64,000 nt of DNA from Rhynchobatus australiae. Its lineage: Eukaryota. Position numbers and translations under genes: made by a program. The notes beneath the pieces are model-generated. The model searched no databases. It saw only the letters and a list, made by a program, of their open reading frames with translations, and was not told the DNA's origin. The stretch is taken from contig JAUZTB010000001.1 of assembly GCA_034780895.1 (NCBI GenBank), positions 64,872,976 to 64,936,975 on the forward strand. The letters run 5' to 3'. Positions 38,068 to 50,600 of the stretch are shown piece after piece. Numbering within the stretch: position 1 is the stretch's first letter; every line of letters starts with the position of its first letter.

Positions 38068-38644
38068 CGCTAGTGTTCCACATTGCATCAGTTTTGTTCT
38101 GGTAGCCACCCTTCATACACTGTTCCACATAAGCCTTGGGGTCACAGCCAGAGAGCAGGATCTCTCGAAGAAGGGCGATGTAGGCTATGGCGAGCCGCAG
38201 AGTGTCAATCTTGGACAGACGTTTCTCGTACGGAAAGGTGGGGACGTGACACCGGAGCTCGTCGAAGGCTGAGTTGATGCTGAGCATTCTTTTCCGTTCC
38301 CTGATGTTGGCCGCGTACCTCTGCACCTTGTAAGGCTGCGAGGAGACCAGCCTGCGTTGCCTTCGCCTGGGATCCGAGGGTTCTTCCAGGCAGGAGCTGT
38401 CCCCTCCAGCACTAGCCTCGATCTGCAAGGCCTGGAGATCCAGATCGGACAGGGCAAACTGCGCATCGGGGAACGCAGTCTGGCAAACGTAGGATGACCA
38501 AGGAGACAGCTGGGGGCTGGCGGGAAGACAGTCGAAATTCAGGCCATCCAACTGGTTCTGGTTCTGATAACTTGAGTCAACCTGACCCCAAAACGACAGA
38601 TCTCCAGCATGGTCCTGATCAAAGTCTAAAAGGCACTCGTCCAT
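38068..38644 (-). CDS. Fer2: Fer2/HLH-13-like bHLH transcription factor (PTF1 family), coding exon 1
   Basis: [72 protein letters not shown] closely matches the Drosophila Fer2 bHLH and post-HLH region as recalled. The exon ends at a phase-1 donor AGC G|GTGAGC. Confidence 0.88.
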
Positions 38645-38721
38645 TTCCAGCTATACCTGTCACGCTCCGGAGGGGGAGATACACCCGTTTGAGTAGTCAG
38701 GCGCGATGATGGATCTCTGGG

Positions 38722-38801
38722 TTAAATAGTTTGCTGTTGTATCGCGGGTCGCGTGTACCTATTCTGTTCACCTTCAATGAAGAGGCGGCTGAGGACACGT
38801 G
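38722..38801 (-). promoter_or_regulatory. Fer2-like core promoter: TATA-like TATTTAA (38722-38728) and E-box CACGTG (38796-38801)
   Basis: Motifs ~80 and ~155 nt upstream of the ATG. Confidence 0.45.
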
Positions 38802-40898
38802 GGTGCTCTTTCATTGCCCGCCTGTGGCTTTGTGCAAGTTTGACATCATGACAATAAATTCACCGATTCCAGTTAATAAGGTACAACTAACTCTCTTGTC
38901 ACCGCCCCCACCCCCAACCCTTTAACAACATCCTATACCGGTCTAGCTATTTACAAATGACATAAACACTTCTAATCTCTTTGGCCTGATTATGTAATAA
39001 TTGAAGATTTCAGTGGTTGGGGCTTGTAAGGAAGTTCTGAGCATTAATTAGACTGTAAGGACAAACTGTCAAAAACACATGGTCTTTGAACCTGCATAAG
39101 TAATGAGGAAGAGGTATTTGAATTCACTGATTCGAATTCATCTTCTCCCACCTTGGGCTTTTAATGTAATTAATAATAAAACAGGAAAAGTACACAGCCG
39201 CGCCATTGAAAGGAAATAAACCTTAAGTACCGATGCGGTTTGTTAAATCGCCGCGTGTATGTAGAATTACATATCTTTCAGACGCTCTGCACAACTTCGT
39301 GTAAGAATTGCAAAAGCAACTAAGTGTAAGTCACAGCACAGTGAAATGCTCTGGAGAATATTATTCCGCGAATTTTCAGAATCTGATCTGAATCATTTAA
39401 ATCAGGTTGCCACAAAGGTGGAGTGTTTCCAATGGCGAACTCCGCCATCTATTTGCCTATGGGATATATGATTTTGACTCAGAGAGTTGTTGCCTGAGAA
39501 ATTAGCGAAAGGCGGGGAGCAACTATTGAGAATTTGAGAGATGCTCCTTTGAATTGCCTTTCTTTAATTCCGGCCCAGCAAAAATAAAATTAATTATTAA
39601 AATTTCCTCCGCATTTTTTACTGACATTGAGGAAAGGGGCAGATCCAGCATCAANNNNNNNNNNNNNNNNNNNNNNNNNNNNNNNNNNNNNNNNNNNNNN
39701 NNNNNNNNNNNNNNNNNNNNNNNNNNNNNNNNNNNNNNNNNNNNNNNNNNNNNNTATCAATAACCGCTTTGTTAAATTTTGATAAAGCTAGGTACTATAA
39801 GGACCCGATATTAACCAATTGGACGTGAGAATCAACAGTCCAGTCAGTTTTCTGAAGGATTCAAGACATTCAGCTGCACGATTGGTTACCAGGTAACAAG
39901 TGCGTGGCAAATATTGAAACACGATTTCGTCAATTGTACATCAAAATTAGGAGAACAAAACCAAAAAGAAAGAGGGTAGAGAGAAAAAAATGAATCGAGT
40001 TTAAAGAGAGAAACCAAAATAGTGAATGAATGCGCCGAATTGGCATCACGTTTCTTGCTGTGCTTCTTGGCGCGTTTCTTCCCTCTGCACTGCCATCCGG
40101 CCCCCACTCCCTTGATGCTGGCCTTCGTTCACTGGAAAATCGCTGCTTACGTTAGATAAAGTTTAAACATATCCAAAAGATGCGATTTCTCTCAGAATGC
40201 TGATGTATCCATTGGTGACATCAGCCAAGAAACCAATGATTACATTTCAAATTTTAATTGACTTTGAATAAACACAGTTCCCCCGAATGCCACGGCGCCG
40301 GAATATTGTGAATGTTTACCCAAAAAATAAATTCACTGGAAACCATTGAGTTTCATGCGAAGTTCCAAGCGCACAAGGAAACCCCGAGCAAATAGCAAAA
40401 GAAAGTGCAGGAGTGTTTGGCGAATCGGGTAGGATCCGCAGAGAAGAAACAGCTTTAAGGATTCAGGTCGCTGACTTTGCACCGGAATTTTGTCTAAACA
40501 GTGCGCACAAGAAGCAAATCACGATTATATATATTCCTATCCCTTCTCTCCTCGTTGGACAATGTAGTTGAAACCCTACGCGTAATTTAAACTGCTCTAT
40601 CCATAATCCAATTATAATCCCTTACTCCATTTTTACAAAAGAGACAAGCCCACCCACAGCAGTATAACAATATCTCTCTCCTTAATGTAACAATAATCCC
40701 CTCTCTGTAACTGTAATCTCTCATGCAATATTATGGCTATAACTCACCGTCCCCTGGTATAACAATTGCACCACATCTAATAAACAATTATAACCCCANN
40801 NNNNNNNNNNNNNNNNNNNNNNNNNNNNNNNNNNNNNNNNNNNNNNNNNNNNNNNNNNNNNNNNNNNNNNNNNNNNNNNNNNNNNNNNNNNNNNNNNN

Positions 40899-41310
40899 AT
40901 GTGACCTTCAATGTGACCCCTGGTTCCAGATATTCCAGCTGGAGTAAACGTCATCCTGTTCGGGCCCTTAAGAATGTTGCGTTTTTCAATGAGATCACCT
41001 CACATTCTTCTAAACTCTAGAGAGAACTGCCGCCTTAACCCATCCTCACAGGACAAACTCTCCACCCCGGGAATCAATGCGGTGAGCCTTCCTTATGAGG
41101 AGTTGGAGCCAGTATGTTGAACCATACTCATATAATGGGGTTATAATTGTTTATTAGATGTGGTGCAATTGTTATACCAGGGGACGGTGAGTTATAGCCA
41201 TAATATTGCATGGGAGATTACAGTTACAGAGAGGGGTGATGAATCTTCGAAATTATCTGCCGAGGAGGGTTGTGCGGAATGAGTGAACTCAAGACATAGA
41301 TTGATAATTG
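40899..41310. mobile_element. CR1 3' fragment split into oppositely oriented pieces
   Basis: 40899-41095 reads as CR1 on the minus strand; 41231-41310 continues as the CR1 3' end on the plus strand. Confidence 0.55.
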
Positions 41311-44300
41311 TACTTTATATATTCAGGGAAACGAGGGAAATCGGGTTAGTACTGAAAAGATCAGCCAGGACGTTTTCGAATAGCGGAGCAACTGCAAGCG
41401 GCCAAATTGCTTACTTCTGCTTCTGTTTCTAATGTTCTTATAACGATAGTCTTCTTCCCTAGAACTATTAACTCCCCTCCCCATAACATAACTAGCATCC
41501 CTCTTTCTGTACAGTACCACCAAATCTCCCCCTCCGAAGGACATTGCGAATTGTTGGTGACGATGGGAATTGAATCCAGGATATGATGCCCTCCAACATT
41601 GTCGTCCCCCCAGCAGGGGTACTTCATGGTTGCAAACATTAACGGTAACCACCTGCCATTTTACCGGGACGCCCAACTCTAAATGGGTAAGTGGTCGACT
41701 GACCTCTGTAAGGTTCCAGCGTGCTGTTCCTCTCCACCAACCCCTCCAGTCGACCCGTGCAACTCCAGGAATGGAATCTGGTAAACGACATTTGATGGAA
41801 AAGCAAAAATCACCCGTCTGAATCTACGGTTCGAGACATTGCCAAGAAATACCCAAACCAAATCTGCATTATACAATTATGTCTTAATGTTAATTTTACC
41901 GACATACCATTAAAATCCACGTACTCATACTGCCTAATACGGAACTTGAACGCTGGGATGGATTTTGTATATTTTGCATATATAACTGCTACCGCGAAGT
42001 TTGCACTCACATTTTAGGTTATATACACCATACAAGGACCTTTGTTGCATGCTCGATTGTGAATCGTACTTTATTATTTAAGGTTATTATTTGCAACAAT
42101 TGATGAAGCATGAAATATAAAGGCAAACTAAGGGATGAACATGCTAAAAGTATAAGAGGAATAAAACTGGAATGTCAAACAAATTCACAAACTTAGGGAC
42201 TAAGAGTTTTATTACTAAGTACATAATGGTAAAACATACCCTCTTTCTACTTTACAAATGTGAGAACGCCCACAGCATTGAATTACATATCTGTACAGAT
42301 GGATAATGGACTATTCACACATAAGACCCAGTCAGTTCAAGGTAGAATCAACAGCAATTTTTATTACCAGTGGTGATATTTTTGGGTTACCAATCCAAAG
42401 CACTTGGGAGGACCACTCACACCAGGCAAGTTTTAATTTCAATGTAACCAGGTAAGTTACCAAAAATGATATTTATAATTACATTTTTGAAGGTAAAATG
42501 CCGGAATTTACTAGCAACCCTGTTTTGTTCAGATCGCTGCGATAGAGCGATCTAATAACAGTTTCTTCTTTAAATTGTATGGAATTATGACTTGTGGTTT
42601 TATGTGTTTTCTTTTTAAAAGATTTTAGCCTTCAATAGTACCAAAGAATTCAATAGCCATATGGGTTGATATCAACACAACATCCCCTCGTTGATTTTAA
42701 AACCTCACTGGTTTTGAAATGAACTTAAACCTTAAGAATTAAAATAATGCTGGTTTGTTTCAATCTCCCGACTCTCCTCTTATCAAGCACTCGCTTGACT
42801 TTGCCTCGTTGGCAACTTAACTCTCTGGTTACAACCAGTTTTTTTTCCAAATCAAGTTTCTGAAACCTCAAGAATGTCTATTTATCTGAAGTATTGTGCA
42901 CACCATCCATATCTCCCCTTGACACGATGCTGTGAGTATCCACTTACAGATTATGTATTATCCCGAATGGAAATGGTCGCGGATAGCGCTGCTACTGGTG
43001 TTTGACAAATTCAAAATCAAACATCTGAGCCCAGTGAACCTGTACCTTCAAAGGGTAGGTTAGGGCATTTGCTTTTCATAAAGGCACTGGGAGATGCCTG
43101 GGACTCCTCCTGAGATACCCAAGTCATTAGCAAACTGGAGTGATTTTTATGGCATAATGGGGAAACGGAAATTTTCAAAGTTCAGCCATTTCAGTAGTCT
43201 GATTTGCAGGCTCTTAAAGGTGATGATAATTTGTGGTCGGGGTGACAACAAAACAAAAAAAAGAATACCAACGGTATGGAATTTCCCAACAGGCAGAATG
43301 TCCCAGACAGCATAGCAAATTGGACCCTCTCAAATTACTCTGAGACCCTGTGTAATTTTCAAAGATTGGGATTATTAAAAGACGGGACAGAAGGAGAGCC
43401 TTCATCTTAATTTTTTTCTTTCTGCAGTTCTCCTCATATTTGCAGTTTCCAGTCATTCCATCTGTGAAGCTCCGACCACTGGTGCATTTCCATAACACGA
43501 CATTCCTATCTTGGGAAGTGGGTTAGAGATCTTCGCCTGTATTGAACCGGACTCTGACAAGCTTAACATCTCCAAAACCCACTCCATACCTTGAGTGGTT
43601 GCCATGAAGAGATGAGCAACGCCGCCCGCGAAAGAATGTGCTACCACTCACATTTCATCTAGCTTCGTGTAAAGTGATTTTTTCATTGGCAGATTTAATG
43701 TGTTGATCAGCCTCCAGTGCTCAATCTTTCTCAGTTAAGTAGGCAGCAGGAGCCCGAACGTGCAGCCGGGCGGCGCGGGGTTCCCGAGGCGGGCCCTCGT
43801 AATTCAGCACCAGGCGCTGTCCTCTACCCTGACTCAAGAGCTGTAACAGCCCGGGTGCATGGCCAGCGGCCAGTTTATAACGAAGGAGAATCTCCAATCA
43901 ATATTGAAATAGTTGAAATAAAAGGACAAAGAGCGGGCAACATTCAGCAGACCGGACGGCATCATCTGAGCATTCCCAGCATTTTCTGTTTTTATTTCTG
44001 CAGTTTTTGTTTTTTTTTTCTCTATTGAAATAATGGATAAGTTTAAGCGGAATTTATTCTCTGGGGTTTCGGGAGGCACCTCGATTAACCGATTCAACCT
44101 ACTACACCAATTTTGAATGACAGAGTGACGCATCAGTTGATGACTATGTGTTAGTACAAAGTATTTATTACAGGGTGGTTACGGGCTTTTAAAATATGCC
44201 ATTTTGATAATAAGAAGATAAACGTTGTTGAGTAGTTTCCTTGGGCAGTCTGAACGGTTGCGGGGAGCAACCGGCCCGGACCTGCAGTGGAGAATATTCC

Positions 44301-44789
44301 CGCACCATTATACTGGGAGTCTTACCTTCCGTTTGTCCAGCGGCTCTCTGTTCCCAACACCTCTCTACTTTCTCTTTCCCCGCTTGTTAACGCAGCAGGA
44401 TTATGTTTGCTATCTTCAGTTTACAGGGACCATTCTAGAAGCAAACCGGTGCATCTGCTGTGTGTGTTACTATCTCTTTAAAAAGAAGCGGCCGAGTTGA
44501 AGTCAGAAAGAGCTCTTTCTCACCTGAATCCATATCGACCGATGTTGGTCAGGCCGTGTAGTTGTGATGTTGTCCAGATTTTGTTTGTGATTACCAGTTC
44601 CATTACTTTACATGGAATGGAAGTAGAATTAATATGCCCATACCTTACTGGTTTTTAATGGGTCGTCCTATTTATTAACCCTTTTCCAAACTACTCAAAC
44701 CAGCTTGTATCAAATTTGCATTAATCTTTGTTATATTTAACTTCGTCCTTAGCTATTGTAACACAAGTGCGATGCTTACTACTACAAAA

Positions 44790-44960
44790 GATAACAAACA
44801 ACTGGAGGAACTCAGCGGGTCAAGCAAATCCAGTCCTGATAAGGGTCTCGACCCGAATCGTCGACCATTCCTTTCCCTCTACAGATGCTGCCTGACTCAC
44901 TGAGTTCTTCCAGCAGTTTGTTTTTTTTGCTCCAGATGCCAGCATCTGCAGTCTCTCTGT
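44790..44960 (+). mobile_element. Fold-back Penelope-like element with a degenerate hammerhead
   Basis: CTGGAGGAACTCAGCGGGTCA..CAGTCCTGATAAGGGTCTCGACCCGAATCGTCGACC..CTGAGTTCTTCCAGCAG. Confidence 0.7.
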
Positions 44961-45529
44961 TGACTATTATTACTATTACTTTGGGTTACTCAACTTCCCT
45001 TATTTTCTCACAATGTTTAATTATTTACATTTGACTGAATCATATTTCAAATACCATTTCTCAATTCTTTAATACAACATATTAAGTTTATCCACCAGTT
45101 CTGCCACTTCAGAATTAATTGCCTCCCCCATTACCAGGTTTGATGTAAGTTTCTGAATGCAGCTCTCTCCTTTTATTGGAACTTTAAGAGCAATCTCTGG
45201 AGTATTCTCCATGCTAGGTTCCATTCCTCAACCTTGATGTCAATCCTCAAACAAGTTTTTCACTCATTCTTAATCCTCAGGTGGTTGCTTTCCTTTTGAA
45301 TCACAACCTTTGAACCAGAAGTCATCAAGTAATGCTGAAGGATTGAATTTTGCATTGTAAACACAACAGGTTGATTTTGATGCACATGGAACACAGTTTG
45401 GCAAACCATCTCTGGAGGTTTAAGAACGGTTTTAGACTTGTAATGGTCCCAACTCACATTGATCACTGCTTATTTGGGATCAGCAATAGCAGCAGTGACC
45501 CGAAAGCTCACTGCCCACATCAGCTCCCA

Positions 45530-45830
45530 ATTGACCTTTTAAAACCAATTCTCAGCTTTGTTTCCAAATCCATTCAAGACCTGCAGCCTTTGATCTCCAA
45601 AGCTTCTTCCAGCCCTACAACCCTCTGTGCTGCTCTAATTATGGCCTATTTGCCATCACTGATTTCAATTGCTCCACCATCTGCAGCTATGTATTGAGGC
45701 ACTCTCTCAGAATTCCCTCCACAGCCCTTTCTGACTCTGTACTTCCTTTTCCTCCTCTAAGATCATCCTTAACATTTATGCCTTTGACCATGCTTTGGTA
45801 ATTTGTCCTAAAATCTTATTATTTGGCTTG
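45530..45830 (+). mobile_element. L2-like LINE 3' end fragment
   Basis: CCAGCCCTACAACCCTCTG..GCTCCACCAT..GAATTCCCTCC..CTTTGACCATGCTTTGG, typical of an L2 3' region as recalled. Confidence 0.5.
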
Positions 45831-45939
45831 GTATTATAACTTGATTTATACTCTTCTGTGGGAGATTTTAAATGGAGTGATGTAATTGAAGTTTTGTTGT
45901 TTTGGAGGGATGGGATAAGGCCAGAGGCAATCATGCCAA

Positions 45940-47460
45940 CAATTGGAATTGGAATTGGCTTATTATTGACACATGTACCAGGTTCAGTGAAAAACTTGTC
46001 TTGAGTACCATTCATACAGATCAATTCATTACACAGTGTGTTGAGGTAGCACAGGGTAAAACAATAACAGGATGCAGAATAAAGTGTAACAGAGAGTGGA
46101 ATAAAGCTAGAGAGAAACTGCAGTGCAGATTCAGTGCAAAATTGTAACAAGGTAGATTGTAAGGTCAAGAGTCCATCTTATTGTACTAGGGAGCCGTTCA
46201 ATAGTCATAACAATGGGTTAGAAGCTGTTCTTGAGCTTGGTGGTACGTGCTTTCAGGCATTTGTATCTTGTGCTTGATGGGAGGGGGAAAAAGAGAGATT
46301 GTCCGGCATGGGTGGGCTCATTGATTATGCTGGCTGCTTTACTGAGGCAGTGAGAAGTATAGACAGAGGCCATGGAGGGGGGGCTTGTTTCCGTGATGTG
46401 CTGAGCTGTGTCCACAACTCTCTTCAGTTTCATGTGGTCATGGGCAGAGCAGTTGCCATACCAAGCTGTGGTGTGTCCAGATAGGATGCTTCCAAGAGTG
46501 CATCGATAAAAATTGCTGAGGGTTGACGGGGTCATAACAAATTTCTTTAGCCTCCTGAGGAAGTAGAGGCACTATTGAGCTTTCTTGGCATGACATCTAC
46601 ATGGTTGGACCAGGAGAGGCTATTTGTGATGTTTATTCCTTGGAACTTGAAGCTCTCAATCCTCTGGACCTCAGCACCATTGATGTAGACAGGAGCATGT
46701 GCATCGCTCCCCCTTTCTGAAGTCAAAGACCAACTCTTTTGTTTTGCCAACATTAAGGGAAAGGTTGTTGTCATGANNNNNNNNNNNNNNNNNNNNNNNN
46801 NNNNNNNNNNNNNNNNNNNNNNNNNNNNNNNNNNNNNNNNNNNNNNNNNNNNNNNNNNNNNNNNNNNNNNNNNNNNNNNNNNNNNNNNNNNNNNNNNNNN
46901 NNNNNNNNNNNNNNNNNNNNNNNNNNNNNNNNNNNNNNNNNNNNNNNNNNNNNNNNNNNNNNNNNNNNNNNNNNNNNNNNNNNNNNNNNNNNNNNNNNNN
47001 NNNNNNNNNNNNNNNNNNNNNNNNNNNNNNNNNNNNNNNNNNNNNNNNNNNNNNNNNNNNNNNNNNNNNNNNNNNNNNNNNNNNNNNNNNNNNNNNNNNN
47101 NNNNNNNNNNNNNNNNNNNNNNNNNNNNNNNNNNNNNNNNNNNNNNNNNNNNNNNNNNNNNNNNNNNNNNNNNNNNNNNNNNNNNNNNNNNNNNNNNNNN
47201 NNNNNNNNNNNNNNNNNNNNNNNNNNNNNNNNNNNNNNNNNNNNNNNNNNNNNNNNNNNNGATTCCTTCCAGTTGCTGCCTGTGTTTGTCCTGAGGAAGT
47301 ATCCTGACTCCAGTCTTGTATCGGTGTGCTGCATTTGTGTTCTCTGAGTTAGCTCAACATTGTGACAAACATAGATATCTTTACAGTCCAGATGCTCCAG
47401 AAATAAGTGTAGGGCCAGAGAGATGGCATCCACTGTTGACCGGTTTCAGTGGATGCCAAC
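45940..47460 (-). mobile_element. Rex1/Babar-like LINE (RT and C-terminal domain) with a gap and a nested LTR-like insertion
   Basis: DAISLALH..LEHLD, APVYINGAEVQRIESFKF.GINITNSLSWS.H, TLSNFYRCT..SILSG..TAWYGNCS; ends in a (CCAATT)n tail. Confidence 0.85.
47261..47367 (-). mobile_element. LTR-like element end (family of 15-425), nested in the LINE
   Basis: Near-identical to 58097-58212 over most of its length; terminus TGTCACAATG. Confidence 0.65.
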
Positions 47461-47569
47461 AAGAACCTCTGGGCAAGAGTCCAGTGTAATAAAATGACTA
47501 ATCTTGATCAACTGCCATTTGTAACATGTTGACTTTAGGCAACCACCAAAGGTAAAAGCATATCAGATG

Positions 47570-47830
47570 AAATATAAGGAGAAGTAGGCTATACAGCCCC
47601 TTCAGCTTCCTCTGCATCTTACAAGATTAAGGGTGATCATCTGTCTTTACCTCTTGATCTCCAATTCCCATGGAGTCTAAAAAATCAATCACTTCCATCC
47701 CTGAATATCCCAATGTCAGAGGATCCACAGCCCTCCAGGGTAAAGAATTTCAAAGATTCACAACCCTGAGTGAAAAGATTACTCCTCACCTCAAGCCTGA
47801 GTACCTGAGCTAATTCTCCCTTGTTTTAGC
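47570..47830 (-). mobile_element. CR1 3' fragment
   Basis: TCCACAGCCCTCCAGGGTAAAGAATTTCAAAGATTCACAACCCT is the reverse of a CR1 3' region. Confidence 0.6.
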
Positions 47831-49144
47831 CTTTTGCAGTCAGTTTATCTGCAGAATTTATATTTGTGCTCTCAATTTCTTGATCTCTTTATAATGTGAA
47901 TGAATTCACATTAATCTTCATCTTCATTTATCTATGATATTTCGTAATTGGATTACTCATCTCTGTTTTAGTAGTTCTTAGCAGTTTACATTTCTCCTGA
48001 ACTGTATGGCCCTGTTTTAAATATTTCCCACTGCTCTTGCATCACTTTGTTTGTCAAAGCACTTTTCTGTTTTGCTAGGTTCCATTGTCATCTGCTCAGA
48101 ATCAGATTTCGTGCCCCCATCCAATCTACTGCTTCGATCTTTCTCTTACTTATGCCTTTTTCATTTCATTCACCCTGTCAGTTAAATAAAATCAAAAGCA
48201 GACCACTTTTGATTTTGTTTCATTGATGACAAAATTATTATATTTCTAAAAAAAATGGACTTGTACTTGAGCAAACACATTTCAGCGGTGATTCTTGAAA
48301 GTAATGAATTGAGTGGGCTGTGACTGATTTGTGCAAGAGCTTGCAACTTTATCTCAGTACGGGCTAGTTTTTTACATTGCATTTATGATAATGACTCAGA
48401 AATTCAATCGTGCTTTAAAAAGTAAGTTGGAATCACAATGGACAATGAGTCCACATCAGAACAACTCACTGGAGGGCATGCCTTGAATCTGCACCTTCCA
48501 CTTCCTTCCACCAAGCAGCAACCATGCTATATATCACATTAACACATTTTCACTGTGGCTGTCAGCAACAACTAACAATAACTGGCTCCAGTTGATGCCA
48601 TGAGAGCATCTCTTACAGATGGTGACTGATGGGAACTACATCAAGATACTTGTGCAAAGTTAGGTTTGCTGGTAGCTTGGATATGATGTCAAGGACAGCG
48701 CTGGTTTAGTGCAGAGCCTGGAGCCTGTTCCTCCTAGCACAGAAGTGACGACTGCTCCATTTCAACAGTTGCAAACCCAGCTATAAGTGATGCCTGTACT
48801 CTCAATATCCATGCATCACCAAATAACCCAGTATATCAGGGCTGCTGTGCAATATCAGACCACTGCCATGAACAATCAGACTGCTTCCATCATGGCCAGT
48901 GTTCAAAGGAGATTTGAAGATATAAAACTGGGGAGTAATATAGATGCTGGCTTGTGGGGGTGACAGCAGCTCATGGAGCACGAATCAGCTGCACTTCTCA
49001 GGTTGACATCATTTATGATCCCGTGACTGCCAGTCCAGCAGTGACCTTGTGTTACCTGGCAACCAGCCGGCCCAGACTGCTGTAGCTCATTGTGAAATGG
49101 GGTACAGTAGTCTGAAGCCTGGCACTCAAGCTCCCGAAATTTAA

Positions 49145-49290
49145 AAAAAAACAGTAAGTGCTGAAAACACTCAACAAGCCTTTGACCTGAAACATTAACT
49201 TTCTTCCTCTTTCCACAGATGCCGCATGCATTTCCAGCACTTTCTGTGTTTTTTTATTTTAGATTTCCAGCATTTGCAATTCTTTTTGAT
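49145..49290 (+). mobile_element. Penelope-like terminal fragment
   Basis: GACCTGAAACATTAACT..TCCACAGATGCC..AGATTTCCAGCATTTGCA. Confidence 0.6.
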
Positions 49291-50099
49291 TTTCCCTCCA
49301 GGTCTTGAGCTGTTCAAGTTCATGGAGCATGAGCACCTGAAGCCTCCCTTACAGTTACAAAGCAACCTTAGCTGGGCTCTCTATCCTCCATTAAGAAGGA
49401 AAGAGTGGTGAAAGGGAGCTTTTGATTGCACTGCATTTTTATTTATTTGTGTGGGTGTCACAGGCTGCTCAACACTTAATTACCAGAACATCTGCAGTGC
49501 GTGATGAAGACCCAGTGACAATTGAGTAATAGTGATATATGAGGGAATTGCTCCATATGTCCCCCTGCTGATGGATCCTTGGCAAGTTATAGAAGGTTCA
49601 CACTGTAACTACAGTGCATCAAGTGTAAACAGATGTGGATACAGGGTGGTTGATGGAGGTGCCAAATGAATGGACTGCTTTGCCTTAGGCTGTTCATTGT
49701 GATCGGAAATACACTTAATTCCTCTATGTGGTTGGAGGCTGCAGTCATCCATTCAAGTAGATCATCTGCTTTTGGCTCCATGACATGCATAGTCAATGGT
49801 GGTAAGGCTTTGAAAAATCAGTGGTTGGAACCATCACTACAGAACACAGTGTCAAGCCTCCACCATGCTCTTGCAGCTACAGGATTAAGTGCCTGTTTCA
49901 GGTCAGTTTTGGGTCAATGGTGATCCGCTGGATGTTGATAGTGGCAGATATGACAATGTTAACATCATAGAATGTCAAAGGGGAATGGTTAACCTCCTCT
50001 TGTTGAAGGTAATGATTGTTTGACACGTCATGTTTGAAAATAACATGCCATTTATCAGCTTAAGCTGAAGCATTGTCAAGGGCCTGCTGCATCTGGGCA

Positions 50100-50600
50100 G
50101 AAATGACTTCTTCATCTTCTCTTCTTCATCATCTCCTAGAAGTTGGCTTCTCTTCATCATCTCCTACCCTCAGCTTTGTCCTGCTATTTTTCATTTCCTC
50201 TTCATCCTTTTCCTCTTCCTTCCCCTCTCTCATCCTCTTTCTCCTTTAGTGGAGTCATGAAGACGGGCTGTGCCCACATAATAGCCAGGTTAGGCAGGGT
50301 ACAGAAGGAATTGATACTGCATGGGACCCTCTCTCTGAAAGGTACTGCAGTGGGCTTTCAGACTAGTGCAGTCATTTGAACCTTTGCCTGAGGACTTCCA
50401 TGATTGTCTTCACAATATTCCATGTTGTGTGATTGTTCCAATTCCATGTGCATCGGACAGGTTGTGAGGTTGCAGGGGGTTTCCCACATCACCCAAGTCA
50501 GCAGTTAGTCTTGTGTAGTGGCTGATATATGGCAGGCACCGCAAATCACTTAGGAAAGAATGGGCCATGTGCAGTCCTCCATGGCATGGCATTTACCATC
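50100..50600 (-). mobile_element. Possible Harbinger-like transposase remnant
   Basis: Broken minus-strand frames give HTTWNIVKTIMEVLRQRF..LQY..NLAIMWAQP followed by an acidic tract, resembling the Harbinger transposase C-terminus. Confidence 0.4.

Noticed and set aside
38068-38644. Calling the gene ptf1a or ferd3l
   Set aside because: It lacks the PTF1A VWTPEDP motif, and its post-HLH DP..YVE.C..G..WNTSDLTARLSW region is Fer2-specific.
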